IMG/VR virus record: IMGVR_UViG_3300010051_000510
DNA from: an uncultured virus (IMG/VR IMGVR_UViG_3300010051_000510)
Taxonomy: Duplodnaviria > Heunggongvirae > Uroviricota > Caudoviricetes
DNA: 64,000 nucleotides
Direction: 5' to 3' (one strand)
Below the pieces are notes generated by a model. That model was not told the origin of the DNA. It did not search any database and was given only the letters and a program-made list of their open reading frames with translations. The translations under genes and the position numbers were made by a program. Below, one piece after another: positions 30,288 through 39,144 of the stretch (within the stretch, counting starts at the first letter, position 1; every line of letters starts with the position of its first letter).

Positions 30288-30800
30288 ATGACCGCTGTGT
30301 TCCCCAACGCGGCGCTCGGCTACCGGGCCTGGCGGGTCACCCCGCAGGGGATGCTGGCCAGCACCGGACGCGGCGCGACCATCTGGCAGCCCGGCGACAA
30401 CCGCGGCTACTGCGCCGCACGCGGAGATCATCAGGTCCCCGACGCCGGGTGCGAATGCGGCCTGTACCTGTACAGCAGCTTCGACCGCGCGCACGCCCTG
30501 GCTCGCGGCATCTACGGGATGACCATGATCGGGGCGGTCGCCGCGCGCGGCGCCGCGCATGTCGCCGAAGCGGGCCTGCGCGTCGAGCAGGCCCGCGTGA
30601 TCGCGCTCGCCCTCCCCAAAGGCAAACAGCATGACCCGGAGGACCGCAGCAGAGCCCAACAGGTCGCCGCCCGCTACCAGGTGGTCCTGATGGGCTGGGA
30701 TGAGCTGCAGCCGTCAGCGGAACGCGCGCTTGGCGCGCCGCCGCGCATGACGGACATCCCCGCTTTGCGGACAATGGCAGAACGCCCGGTCAGCAGCTAG
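30288..30800 (+). CDS. Hypothetical protein (GYRAW..CxCGLY family)
   Basis: GYRAWRV..C..H..CECGLY..IGAVAARG..GLRVEQARV. Preceded by a 44-aa Pro-rich ORF (30157-30291) with its own TACGTT box. Confidence 0.7.
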   Translation: MTAVFPNAALGYRAWRVTPQGMLASTGRGATIWQPGDNRGYCAARGDHQVPDAGCECGLYLYSSFDRAHALARGIYGMTMIGAVAARGAAHVAEAGLRVEQARVIALALPKGKQHDPEDRSRAQQVAARYQVVLMGWDELQPSAERALGAPPRMTDIPALRTMAERPVSS

Positions 30801-30809
30801 GTTCAGAGC

Positions 30810-31058
30810 ATGAGCTTGTGGCGTGTGACGTTGATCATGGAAGGGCCGGCGCGACCGTGGACGCCGGAGGAGATCGACGCGGTCGTCGATCTCGGCCTGA
30901 TCGACGCGCAGTTCGACACCTTCGAGGGCGACGCGTTCGTCATCGGCTCACGTGAAGCCGACACGTTCGGCAAGGCGGTCGGCGAAGCGATCGATCTGGT
31001 GCAGGCCGCCAGCGGCCGCAAGGTCCGCGGCGTGCAACGCGAACCTGACCCTTCCTGA
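30810..31058 (+). CDS. Small hypothetical protein
   Basis: TAGGTT-6nt-ATG. Confidence 0.65.
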   Translation: MSLWRVTLIMEGPARPWTPEEIDAVVDLGLIDAQFDTFEGDAFVIGSREADTFGKAVGEAIDLVQAASGRKVRGVQREPDPS

Positions 31059-31084
31059 CCCGGCCTTGAACGGTAGGTTCAACG

Positions 31085-31672
31085 GTGAGCGGCGGCCTGT
31101 TCTACCTGCCTGACTGGGATGTCCCCGACGTCCTGATGTTCTACAGCCGCGGCCGCGGCGAACCGGCCTACCGCGACCTGTCGAACTTCGGAGCCGCCCG
31201 CGTCACCCTGCCGCTGCGTTTTGACCCGTCGGTCCTGTTCATCTACGAGGAGACCGAGACGCCCTTCCAGGACGGGAAGTCCTCGGATCTGGCCACCCAC
31301 GAGTTCATCTGCCAGCTGGATCTGCACCCCGGCCAGCGGACCGCTGCGGAGGCCAAACGCCGCGGCGCCAACCGCGTGAAGGTCAAACCGCCCGCGGACT
31401 GGGATCGGATCAGCCCGCTGTGGATGCTGTATCTGCAACGCGCGAAGTATCAGCTTCCCCGCTACCGGCAGCTGCTGCTGTCGACCGGCGATCGGGTGCT
31501 GGTGGAGAACAGCCCCTCAGATGCGCGCTGGGGCGGCTGGGACCGCCGCCGCGGCCGCTACTGCGGGCAGAACCTGCTCGGCCGAGCACTGATGCGAGTC
31601 CGAGCGGAGATCCGCGGCGACCTGCACCCGGTGCAGTTGCCGTTCGGGCCGTTGCCCGCCCAGGACGCCTAG
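31085..31672 (+). CDS. NADAR (YbiA/DUF1768) family protein
   Basis: FY..LSNF, EAKRRG, DWDRI, AKY, LLSTGDRVLVENSPSDARWG, GQNLLGRALMRVR. Confidence 0.9.
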   Translation: MSGGLFYLPDWDVPDVLMFYSRGRGEPAYRDLSNFGAARVTLPLRFDPSVLFIYEETETPFQDGKSSDLATHEFICQLDLHPGQRTAAEAKRRGANRVKVKPPADWDRISPLWMLYLQRAKYQLPRYRQLLLSTGDRVLVENSPSDARWGGWDRRRGRYCGQNLLGRALMRVRAEIRGDLHPVQLPFGPLPAQDA

Positions 31673-32064
31673 GAGCGCAGGCCGGCTTCGGCGAGGCGGC
31701 GGGTGATCAGATCCGCTTCGCATCGGCTTTCCTGCAGCGCGCTGACGGCGATCACCCGGCGGCCGTCCTCGCTGAGGTCCGCCAGCGGGAAGACGATCTT
31801 GCCGCCGGCGCTGACCAGGTAGCGCTCCCGCGCGGACCCGTTGACCCACACAGGCTTGCCCTCGAACCCGGTGATCCACGACCGGCGGACATAGTCGCGG
31901 GCGCTGTCGAGCACGACCTTCTCGGACGCTCTGCCGTCGAAGGTGTGGTTGAGCAGCTGCGTGAGGCAGTGATCGGAGAACATCACGTCCATGCCGCGAT
32001 GGCGGACCGTGCGATCCCGTGTCGGAACGTCCCAACGACGTTCAACTGTGCCCTGCGCCTTCAT
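31669..32064 (-). CDS. Hypothetical protein, similar to one repeat unit of 24735-25706
   Basis: VMFSDHCL..KPVWV..YLV..IVFPL..VIAVSAL. GCGGA-TAGGTT-6nt-ATG. Confidence 0.6.
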   Translation of the reverse strand: MKAQGTVERRWDVPTRDRTVRHRGMDVMFSDHCLTQLLNHTFDGRASEKVVLDSARDYVRRSWITGFEGKPVWVNGSARERYLVSAGGKIVFPLADLSEDGRRVIAVSALQESRCEADLITRRLAEAGLRS

Positions 32065-32116
32065 GACAGCAACCTATCCGCTAAGAGCACCGCTGGCAGG
32101 CGAGCTGCCCTGCGCG

Positions 32117-32800
32117 TCAGCGGGTGCGGCCTGCGCGTCTGACGACGCGCGCCTTCACGCGTTTGATGCAGGCGCGATGCTCCCGCTGGCTGTGGTTGAA
32201 GTAGCGGCAGCTGTAGCTGGCGGAGCGCTTGGCGGGGACGTTGCGCTTCACCGGCGCGACAGCCGCGGGCGGTTGCTGGACGACCGGCGGCTCAGGCGCG
32301 GCGACCGGCGGCTCAGCCATCAGCGTCGAAGGGGCGGGGGTGTCGCATTCGGCGGCCGGCGCCCGGTAGAACGGGGACATCACATCCGGCCCGTCAGCGC
32401 CATGCGGCTGGCCGGACAGATGCCCGTACTCGTGGATGAACACGGTGCAGAACTTCGGCCAGTCCCAGCGCTGCGCGGGGTTGAACACCACCGAGCAGGA
32501 GAAGTTCTGGGCGGGCGCGCCGTAGGGGTCGGTCGGATTAGCCCAGGAGGAACGAGCGTTGATGTTCGCCTCCTGCTCAGCCCAGCTGATCTCCACCTGC
32601 CCTGAGCATGGAGCGCCGCCCCAATGCGCCGCAGCCAGCTGCGCAGCGACGTTGAACTCCGGGGTGCCGGGCGCCCATCTGACCGCCGGGTCAGGCTCAA
32701 CCGCGGCCGCAGCGACAGCGGGCGTCGCCGCGGCGCAGATCAGGATGATCGCCAGCAGAGCAGGCAGCAGGGCGCGCAGGGATACGGGCAGCGAGAACAC
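32117..32800 (-). CDS. Secreted metzincin (matrixin-like) metallopeptidase
   Basis: Signal peptide. HEYGHLSGQPH (HExxHxxGxxH) and Met-turn VMSP. Confidence 0.85.
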   Translation of the reverse strand: MFSLPVSLRALLPALLAIILICAAATPAVAAAAVEPDPAVRWAPGTPEFNVAAQLAAAHWGGAPCSGQVEISWAEQEANINARSSWANPTDPYGAPAQNFSCSVVFNPAQRWDWPKFCTVFIHEYGHLSGQPHGADGPDVMSPFYRAPAAECDTPAPSTLMAEPPVAAPEPPVVQQPPAAVAPVKRNVPAKRSASYSCRYFNHSQREHRACIKRVKARVVRRAGRTR

Positions 32801-32912
32801 GGGCTGCTTTCAACATCACGCGTTCTCGCCGCCTGAAGCACGAACCTTCAGCACAAACTCCGGAAAGCTGCCCGACCGACGGTCCGGCTGCGCGCCGGGT
32901 TATGTTGTACGC

Positions 32913-33356
32913 ATGCCCCTGGAGATCCTGGACGACGGTGACCTGTTCGCGTTGGGCGCGCAGACGATCGTCAATCCGGTCAACTGTCAGGGCGTGATGG
33001 GCAAAGGCCTCGCGAAAGCGTTCTCCGACCGGTTCCCCGCGCATCTGGCCTGGTATCGTCAGCAGTGCGATCGCGGGCTGATCGTCCCCGGCCGTCCGCA
33101 GCTGGACCGCGGCCAGGACCCGTGGATCCTCGCGTTCCCCACCAAGGCAGCGTGGCGGCATCCCAGCCGGATCCAGGACATCGAAGCCGGGCTGCTGTCG
33201 GTGACACGCCGCATCCCCGGATCCGGGGTCACGTCGATCGCGTTCCCGGCGCTGGGCTGCGGACTGGGCGGGCTGCCGTGGCCGCAGGTGCGCGAGCTGA
33301 TGACCCGCTATCTCAGCCGGCTGGACCTGCCGGTGTGGGTGATCGCGCCGCGCTAG
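32913..33356 (+). CDS. Macro domain protein (DarG/Poa1p-like ADP-ribose hydrolase)
   Basis: GDLF..IVNPVNCQGVMGKGLA..FPTK..WR.PS..SIAFPALGCGLGGLPW. TATGTT-6nt-ATG. Confidence 0.9.
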   Translation: MPLEILDDGDLFALGAQTIVNPVNCQGVMGKGLAKAFSDRFPAHLAWYRQQCDRGLIVPGRPQLDRGQDPWILAFPTKAAWRHPSRIQDIEAGLLSVTRRIPGSGVTSIAFPALGCGLGGLPWPQVRELMTRYLSRLDLPVWVIAPR

Positions 33357-33524
33357 AACGCGGCGGCTCAACCAGCCAGGCCTCAGGCCGCGAGGCGGCG
33401 ATCGTCAGCGTGTTCCAGCCACTGCTGGGCGGTCATCGGATCCCCGCGCACCGCCGGACTGAACGCGCAGGAGCGCTCCGTCCGCGCGCTCGTCCGAGCA
33501 AGGCCGGCGGCGGTACGTTCAACG

Positions 33525-34085
33525 GTGACCGACCTCTCCCGCCGCGAGCTGACCGACTTGCTGACCGTGCACGGCTGCCCGCTGAGCCGATGGGGGCGGG
33601 GGCCGGCGAAGACGCTGGAGCATCTGCTGCGTGAGCTGGCCGACGGCGAATGCCGCCTGACGGTGCAGGACGGCACGCTTTACCGGGACGTGCTCGGCGC
33701 GATGCTGCGGGTCCGTCACCGCGACCTGACGTTGATCGAGGATCATCAGCGGTTCAGCGATGGGCGGCCAGACCCGGTCCGCCGGCGCGATCTGCAAGCG
33801 TCCGTGGGGGAGAAGCTGCAACGCGGCGAGGAGCCCGACGCGGGAGCGCGCCGCGCGCTCGCTGAGGAGCTGGGCGTCACCGAGCCGGTCGAGCTGCACG
33901 GCAAGCATCTGACCCGGAAGTTCGCCGAGTCCGAGAGCTACCCGGGGCTGATGACCCGCTTTGAGACATGGACCTATGAGGTGGAGCTGCCCGACAGCTG
34001 CTTTGACCCTGACGGCTACCGGGAAGTGCAGGCGGACAAGAGGACCGTGTGGGTGTGGGCGCCGACCGCCAGGGCGCCGTTCTAG
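33525..34085 (+). CDS. NUDIX-like protein
   Basis: VGEKLQRGEEPDAGARRALAEELGV, a variant Nudix box. TACGTT-5nt-GTG. Confidence 0.65.
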   Translation: MTDLSRRELTDLLTVHGCPLSRWGRGPAKTLEHLLRELADGECRLTVQDGTLYRDVLGAMLRVRHRDLTLIEDHQRFSDGRPDPVRRRDLQASVGEKLQRGEEPDAGARRALAEELGVTEPVELHGKHLTRKFAESESYPGLMTRFETWTYEVELPDSCFDPDGYREVQADKRTVWVWAPTARAPF

Positions 34086-34477
34086 GCGGCCGTTCCCGCG
34101 TGGGGTCCGGCGCCGCGGGATCCCACCCATTGGAACTCGACGTCGGGCAGGTCGATGTGCGCGGGAAGCTTCGTCAGGTCGCTCAGATCCTGCGTGTACA
34201 GCCACGCGAGCGTCGGCGCGAACATCGGACAGGTCCAGATCTGATGCTTGTCCAGGTCGGCGCTGGCCAGGCCGCCGGGCATGAAAATCGCGCCTTCCCC
34301 GGTCTGCAGGTCCAGCATCCAGAAATGCTGGGGTGACCAGCCGCGGCCGCGGATGAGCGGGAGGCCGTCCTCGGGCAGCGCGGACCGGTACGCCCATTCG
34401 CGCTCGTCGAAGCGGGCGATCATGAACTTCCCCCAGTTCCGGGGCCCGTTAGTGGCTTCGAGGAAGTGGGTGATCAT
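34082..34477 (-). CDS. Hypothetical protein
   Basis: NWGKF..LDLQTGEGAIF..CPMF. Coding-like. Confidence 0.7.
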   Translation of the reverse strand: MITHFLEATNGPRNWGKFMIARFDEREWAYRSALPEDGLPLIRGRGWSPQHFWMLDLQTGEGAIFMPGGLASADLDKHQIWTCPMFAPTLAWLYTQDLSDLTKLPAHIDLPDVEFQWVGSRGAGPHAGTAA

Positions 34478-34532
34478 CAGTCGGTCAGTCTCGCACGTTC
34501 CGCGGTCGTCGTCCTAGCCACCGCCGGGCGGG

Positions 34533-35012
34533 TCAGGCGAAGCTCTGTTCGATCAGCGAGCACATGTCGGTGATCGCGGCGAGCGTCGCGCCGCGCAGCG
34601 GCCCGGCGAAGTTGCGGTCCTTCCAGCGGTGCGCCTGCGCGGTCAGCGGCTGCGCCTCCCACGGCATCGACGATCCGGTCGCGGAGATCGGCCGGCGGCC
34701 TTTGATGACGGGAAGGCGGATGATCTCGAAATGCTCGCCGGGGCTGAGGTAGCGCCCGGAGATCTCGCTCTTGTGGGCCGTCACCGGCTCGGTCGCGGGC
34801 AATGGCCGAAGTGCGACTGCCGCGGCGATCGCCTTACGCGCGTCGCGCAGCGTGGGGAAGCTGGCGCCGGTCAGGCCGCTGTCGGCCAGCCAGGCGATCT
34901 CAGGCGGCTCCCAGGCGTCCAGCACCCAGCCTCGCGCCTTGCTGCGGGTCAGGCGCATCTCGGTGCGGTCGACCTTGTAGGCGTCGTAGCTCCGATGCAG
35001 CTGCACGCTCAT
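34533..35012 (-). CDS. Paralog family A protein (divergent)
   Basis: GWVLD..WLADSGLTGASFPTLRDARKAIAAAVALRPL..GRYLSP. TAACGT-6nt-ATG. Confidence 0.7.
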   Translation of the reverse strand: MSVQLHRSYDAYKVDRTEMRLTRSKARGWVLDAWEPPEIAWLADSGLTGASFPTLRDARKAIAAAVALRPLPATEPVTAHKSEISGRYLSPGEHFEIIRLPVIKGRRPISATGSSMPWEAQPLTAQAHRWKDRNFAGPLRGATLAAITDMCSLIEQSFA

Positions 35013-35038
35013 GCTCTCACGTTATCCGGCAACGAGGG

Positions 35039-35800
35039 CTATTCGCCGGCGGGGGCCGCAGCGGCGGCCGGTGAGGGCTCCGGCGTCGGGGCGGGCGCGA
35101 CGGGAGTGGTCGAGGTGGGAGCGGGCGTCGCCTGCGGCAGGGTTTGCGGGACGGTGGCCTGCGGAGCCGGCTCAGGCTGGCTGTCTCGCGGCGTCTGAAC
35201 GTCGGTTTCCTGCGGGTCGGCGGCCGGCTCGCCCTTCTTGGCGGTGTCGGACTGAGTGGACGGCTTGGCGTCGCTCTTGGGTGCGGGGACGGTGGTGGCG
35301 GCCGGCACGGGGACGGGGACGGTGCGGGTGGTGGTGATCTGCACCGGGACGCGCTTGACGACGGTCTCTCGGCGGACTTCGATGGGCTGACGGACGACCT
35401 TGGTGACCTCCTCGGTGACGTGCACGTTGCGGACCGCCGGTTTGGGCGGATGGACGCGCCCGGCGCCGGTGACGACCAGACCAACCGGGATCGACAGGGC
35501 CAGCAGCGCGGTCAGGCCGAGCGCGGCTTTGCGGCGGCGTTCCCAAGCGGCGCGGGGGCGGGCGGTCAGCCCGTTGATCCGCTCCCGCGGACCGGCGAGC
35601 CGCGGATGGGCGATCAGCGCCTGCTCGACCGGCATCAGGATCAGCAGCAGGATCTCCGTCATCAACGTCCACGTCAGACCGCGCAGCACCCAGCTGGTGG
35701 CGCTGTCTGACTCAAACAGTGTCGGCCACCAGATCAGGATCACGCCCGCCGACAATCCGCCGGCGGCGAGTTTGGACAGCAACCCGCTCATACCCGTCAA
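35039..35800 (-). CDS. Membrane protein with Pro/Thr-rich tail
   Basis: Three hydrophobic segments and a low-complexity C-terminus. Confidence 0.7.
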   Translation of the reverse strand: MTGMSGLLSKLAAGGLSAGVILIWWPTLFESDSATSWVLRGLTWTLMTEILLLILMPVEQALIAHPRLAGPRERINGLTARPRAAWERRRKAALGLTALLALSIPVGLVVTGAGRVHPPKPAVRNVHVTEEVTKVVRQPIEVRRETVVKRVPVQITTTRTVPVPVPAATTVPAPKSDAKPSTQSDTAKKGEPAADPQETDVQTPRDSQPEPAPQATVPQTLPQATPAPTSTTPVAPAPTPEPSPAAAAAPAGE

Positions 35801-35922
35801 CTTACGGGCGTTCCCAAGCTTGCATCAGGCTACGCGGCCGCCCTCAACCGTGATCTTCAGCACACCCGAACGCTGCAGAACCGCAGTGTCCGGCGCCGCG
35901 TCACGGCGGATAACGTGTGTTC

Positions 35923-36483
35923 ATGCGTCGCGACCCGGGTGTCAGCAATTTCGATTTCTTCACCAACGAGCTGAACGATGACCGCCACACGCTGCTGGAC
36001 GCCGCCGCGCCGAACCCGGCGCTGGTGTTCTTCGCGGTGCGCACACCCAGAGGTGTTGAGTGCTGGATGGCGCGATGCCGGTGGGATCGCTGGGGCGGCT
36101 ACCACTACTGGCTGACCAAGGAGTCCGAGAGCATCCACGAGATCAAGTGCCCCAAGCGGATCCTCGACCGGCTGGACCCGGTGGAGGATCTCTACGACGA
36201 CGGCACCCGCGCCGTCGCTCGGACGTTCCGGGAGCGCTGCACCAAGCGTCTGGCCGATCTCGCCGCCCAGCCGACGGTCAAACGCGGCGACCTCGTCCAT
36301 TTCAACCCGGCGATCAAGTTCCGCGGGGCGGGCGGTGTACGCGACGTGATGGAGTTCGTCCGCGGCGGCGAGTTCCGCGCCGGAGGCTGGCGGTTCTGGC
36401 TGCGCGGCGACTGGAAGCTGAACTACACCTGGTCGGTGATGGAGGACGTCAGCGACGAAGAGCGCAAGCTGCTGCTGTCATGA
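35923..36483 (+). CDS. Hypothetical protein (DUF6927-like)
   Basis: FFAVR..ESI..CPKRILDRLDP..ARTFRERC. GCGGA-TAACGT-6nt-ATG. Confidence 0.6.
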   Translation: MRRDPGVSNFDFFTNELNDDRHTLLDAAAPNPALVFFAVRTPRGVECWMARCRWDRWGGYHYWLTKESESIHEIKCPKRILDRLDPVEDLYDDGTRAVARTFRERCTKRLADLAAQPTVKRGDLVHFNPAIKFRGAGGVRDVMEFVRGGEFRAGGWRFWLRGDWKLNYTWSVMEDVSDEERKLLLS

Positions 36484-37865
36484 CCGACGTCGCCGCGCTG
36501 CTGGCCGCCGATCATGCCAGCCCTCCCGCTGACCCGCTGAGCGCGCATCGTGAGCTGTGGCCGCTGAACAGCCAGCTGGCCGAGACGTTCGACGACCCGC
36601 GCAGCGACCGGGTGCGCCTGCGCCGGGTCGTGAAGGCCGTCCGCGCCCACGGCATCAGCATCGGCGGCGTGGAGCCGTCCAACGCGGTCTCCGACCCCGT
36701 CGTGCAGATGCAGGGGCAGCTGGGCCGCTCAGGTGACTTGTGGAGCGGCAGCCTGACCGTGTCCGTCAGCCGCTGCGAAGGCGCCGAACTCGACCGTGTG
36801 CTGGCGGCCGTTCAGACCGCGTTGCAAGCGCACGGCTATCCCGCCTGCGTGACGATGAACCATCGGCTGGTCATCGCCGAGAGCGGCGGCCTGCCGGAAG
36901 CGGAGATCCGCTGGCTGGAAACCGGGTTCCTGCCCAGCACGGCGCCCATCGTGAAGCTCACGGCTGAGGAGGCCGCACAGTGGCGGATCGCCGGCGGAGA
37001 CGGGATGAGCGATCTGAAGCTGATCCATTACCTGCGCGGCGGGTTCACCGTGGAGCAAGCGACGCCGTGGCTGGAGGCCGGGTTCGCTGGTGACGTCGCC
37101 GAAGGCTGGCGGAACGCCGGGGTCACGATCGAGGAGGCCCTCGCATGGGTCAACGTTGAGATCCTGACCGCGGAGAAGGCCGCTGACCTGACCGCCGAAG
37201 GGATCACCATCGCCGATCTCGCGCCCTGGCGAACGTCCGGGAAGGATCGTTGGAGCGTGGTGCTTGACGCGCGGGTGCCGCAGCGATGGAAGGCCGCCGG
37301 GCTGACCGCCCGGGACGCTGCGGCGGCGATGACCGCCAACGAGCAGCGGGCGCTGGCCGCCGTGCAATGCTGCGGGCTGGTCGAGGACGGCAGCATGCGC
37401 CCAGAGGAGCTGAGCGACTGGCTGACGACGGGGCTGGAGCTGTCGGCGATCGTCGCCTGGCGGCGTTCAGGCGCGACCGCGCAGGAGGCCGCCGCCTGGC
37501 AGCAGCTGCCCAACAGCGGCATGCTCGCCAACCCTGACCGGGCCCGCCGGCTCACAGACAGCGGCCTGACCGTGCAGGAGATCGGCCGGTGGCTGGCGTT
37601 GGACCGGCGGTTCGCGCGCGTCGAGCTGATCGAAAGCTGGACGCGGCGGGGGATGGGTCCCCAGGACGCCGAAGGGTGGGTGCGAGCGCATCATGACCTG
37701 AACCTGCTCTCCCATCAGCATTCGCTGCTGGACGGCGACAACGTTCAGGCGTGGATGGACGCCCACCCCGCCTGCAAGAACCCCGAGGTGGTGCGGGAGC
37801 TGGCCAAGCTGCGGCTGACCCCCGAGAACGTCCCGCTGGTCGCAGACCTGCTGAACGTCCGCTGA
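36480..37865 (+). CDS. Helical repeat protein (A-x-x-W-x-x-x-G repeats)
   Basis: ATGA overlap with the upstream gene. Repeats such as QATPWLEAGF, AEGWRNAGV, QRWKAAGL, VAWRRSGA, ESWTRRGM. Confidence 0.75.
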   Translation: MTDVAALLAADHASPPADPLSAHRELWPLNSQLAETFDDPRSDRVRLRRVVKAVRAHGISIGGVEPSNAVSDPVVQMQGQLGRSGDLWSGSLTVSVSRCEGAELDRVLAAVQTALQAHGYPACVTMNHRLVIAESGGLPEAEIRWLETGFLPSTAPIVKLTAEEAAQWRIAGGDGMSDLKLIHYLRGGFTVEQATPWLEAGFAGDVAEGWRNAGVTIEEALAWVNVEILTAEKAADLTAEGITIADLAPWRTSGKDRWSVVLDARVPQRWKAAGLTARDAAAAMTANEQRALAAVQCCGLVEDGSMRPEELSDWLTTGLELSAIVAWRRSGATAQEAAAWQQLPNSGMLANPDRARRLTDSGLTVQEIGRWLALDRRFARVELIESWTRRGMGPQDAEGWVRAHHDLNLLSHQHSLLDGDNVQAWMDAHPACKNPEVVRELAKLRLTPENVPLVADLLNVR

Positions 37866-37977
37866 CCCGCCGCGGGCATTCTCGGGGGAGGCGACAGGTT
37901 TGCGCGACGTTGATTTGGTTGGTCGTGCGCTGCCGAACCCACCGCTGGCCGTGGCGCGCCTAACGTAGCGTTAGCGG

Positions 37978-39144
37978 GTGAGAGGCGCCCGTTGTCTGCT
38001 CGTGTCTGCTGTCTGCTGCGTCCTGCTCTGCTGCCTGGCCGCATCCGCACCAGCCGATGCTGCGTTCTCGGTTCCTCCGCAGGGAGCGTATGACCAGTGC
38101 CCGCCGACCCCGGATCTGGCGCGCTGCGCGGAGAACCTGAACAGGATCTCTCAGGCCGGCATGACCGTCATGCTGAACTACACCAGTTGGTATGCGACCC
38201 CGCAGGACCTGCTGGCGTACGCTGACGCCGCCCAGGCCGCCGGGGTGAAGCTGATCTGGCCGCTGAACGACAAGCCGTGGCGGGGGGAAGGCAGCCTGCT
38301 GGCCCGCTATCCGAAGCTCGCGCGCGTCTGCGGATGCGCGGACCTGCTCGCCTACGTCATCTCCCTGCTGAAGGACCATCCGGCCACCTACGGCTGGTAT
38401 GTCGGCGATGAGCAACCCGGCGACTACGCGCCGGCGATCGGGCATCTCGCCGCCGCCGTCAAGCAGTTGGACGCCACGCACCCGACGATCTTCGTGCAGC
38501 TGGGGTTGCGTGACCGGCCGGGCGGGAACCTCACCCCGTTCGCGTCGCTGGTCGACCTTCCCGGCGTGGACATCTACCCGGTCGGCACGAACTGGCCAGT
38601 CGGGCAGCTGGTCGGCGACGTCATGCGCGACGCGGCGGCGCAGACCCAAGCGGCCGGCAAACCGCTGCTGGCGGTGCTGCAATCGTTCAGCTGGCAGGCC
38701 TACCCCGACGAGGTCAGCGGTGTCCCTGACCCGCGCTTTCCGACCCGGCAGGAGATGATCGACATGCGCGACGCGGCGATCACCGTCGCGCAGCCGTCGC
38801 TGATCCTCTGGTACTCGCTGAACGATCTCGACGAGCTGGACCCCGACGGCAGCCACTTCGCCGATCTCGCCGCCGCCGTCGCTGCCCCATCGCCGGCCTT
38901 TCCGTCCCCGCCGCCCGCCGCGCAGCCGCCGACGCATGCCGCGCCCGTCAAGAAGCACCAGCGCTCTACGCGAGCCCGTTGCGCGCGCCTTCATCAGCCC
39001 AAACGGCGCCGCGCCTGCCGAGCGAAAGCTCGTCATGACCGCAGGCCGTCGCGGCGCGCAGCAGCCAAGCCCCGCCAGAGACTGGCCGGGCGGCCGCCGG
39101 CGATGATAGGTTCAGGTCACTATGGCTACCAAGGTCACGACTGA
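37978..39144 (+). CDS. Secreted glycoside hydrolase-like (TIM barrel) protein
   Basis: Signal peptide, HPATYGWYVGDEQP, GVDIYPV, LQSFSW. Basic Cys-containing tail. TAGCGT-6nt-GTG. Confidence 0.65.
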   Translation: MRGARCLLVSAVCCVLLCCLAASAPADAAFSVPPQGAYDQCPPTPDLARCAENLNRISQAGMTVMLNYTSWYATPQDLLAYADAAQAAGVKLIWPLNDKPWRGEGSLLARYPKLARVCGCADLLAYVISLLKDHPATYGWYVGDEQPGDYAPAIGHLAAAVKQLDATHPTIFVQLGLRDRPGGNLTPFASLVDLPGVDIYPVGTNWPVGQLVGDVMRDAAAQTQAAGKPLLAVLQSFSWQAYPDEVSGVPDPRFPTRQEMIDMRDAAITVAQPSLILWYSLNDLDELDPDGSHFADLAAAVAAPSPAFPSPPPAAQPPTHAAPVKKHQRSTRARCARLHQPKRRRACRAKARHDRRPSRRAAAKPRQRLAGRPPAMIGSGHYGYQGHD

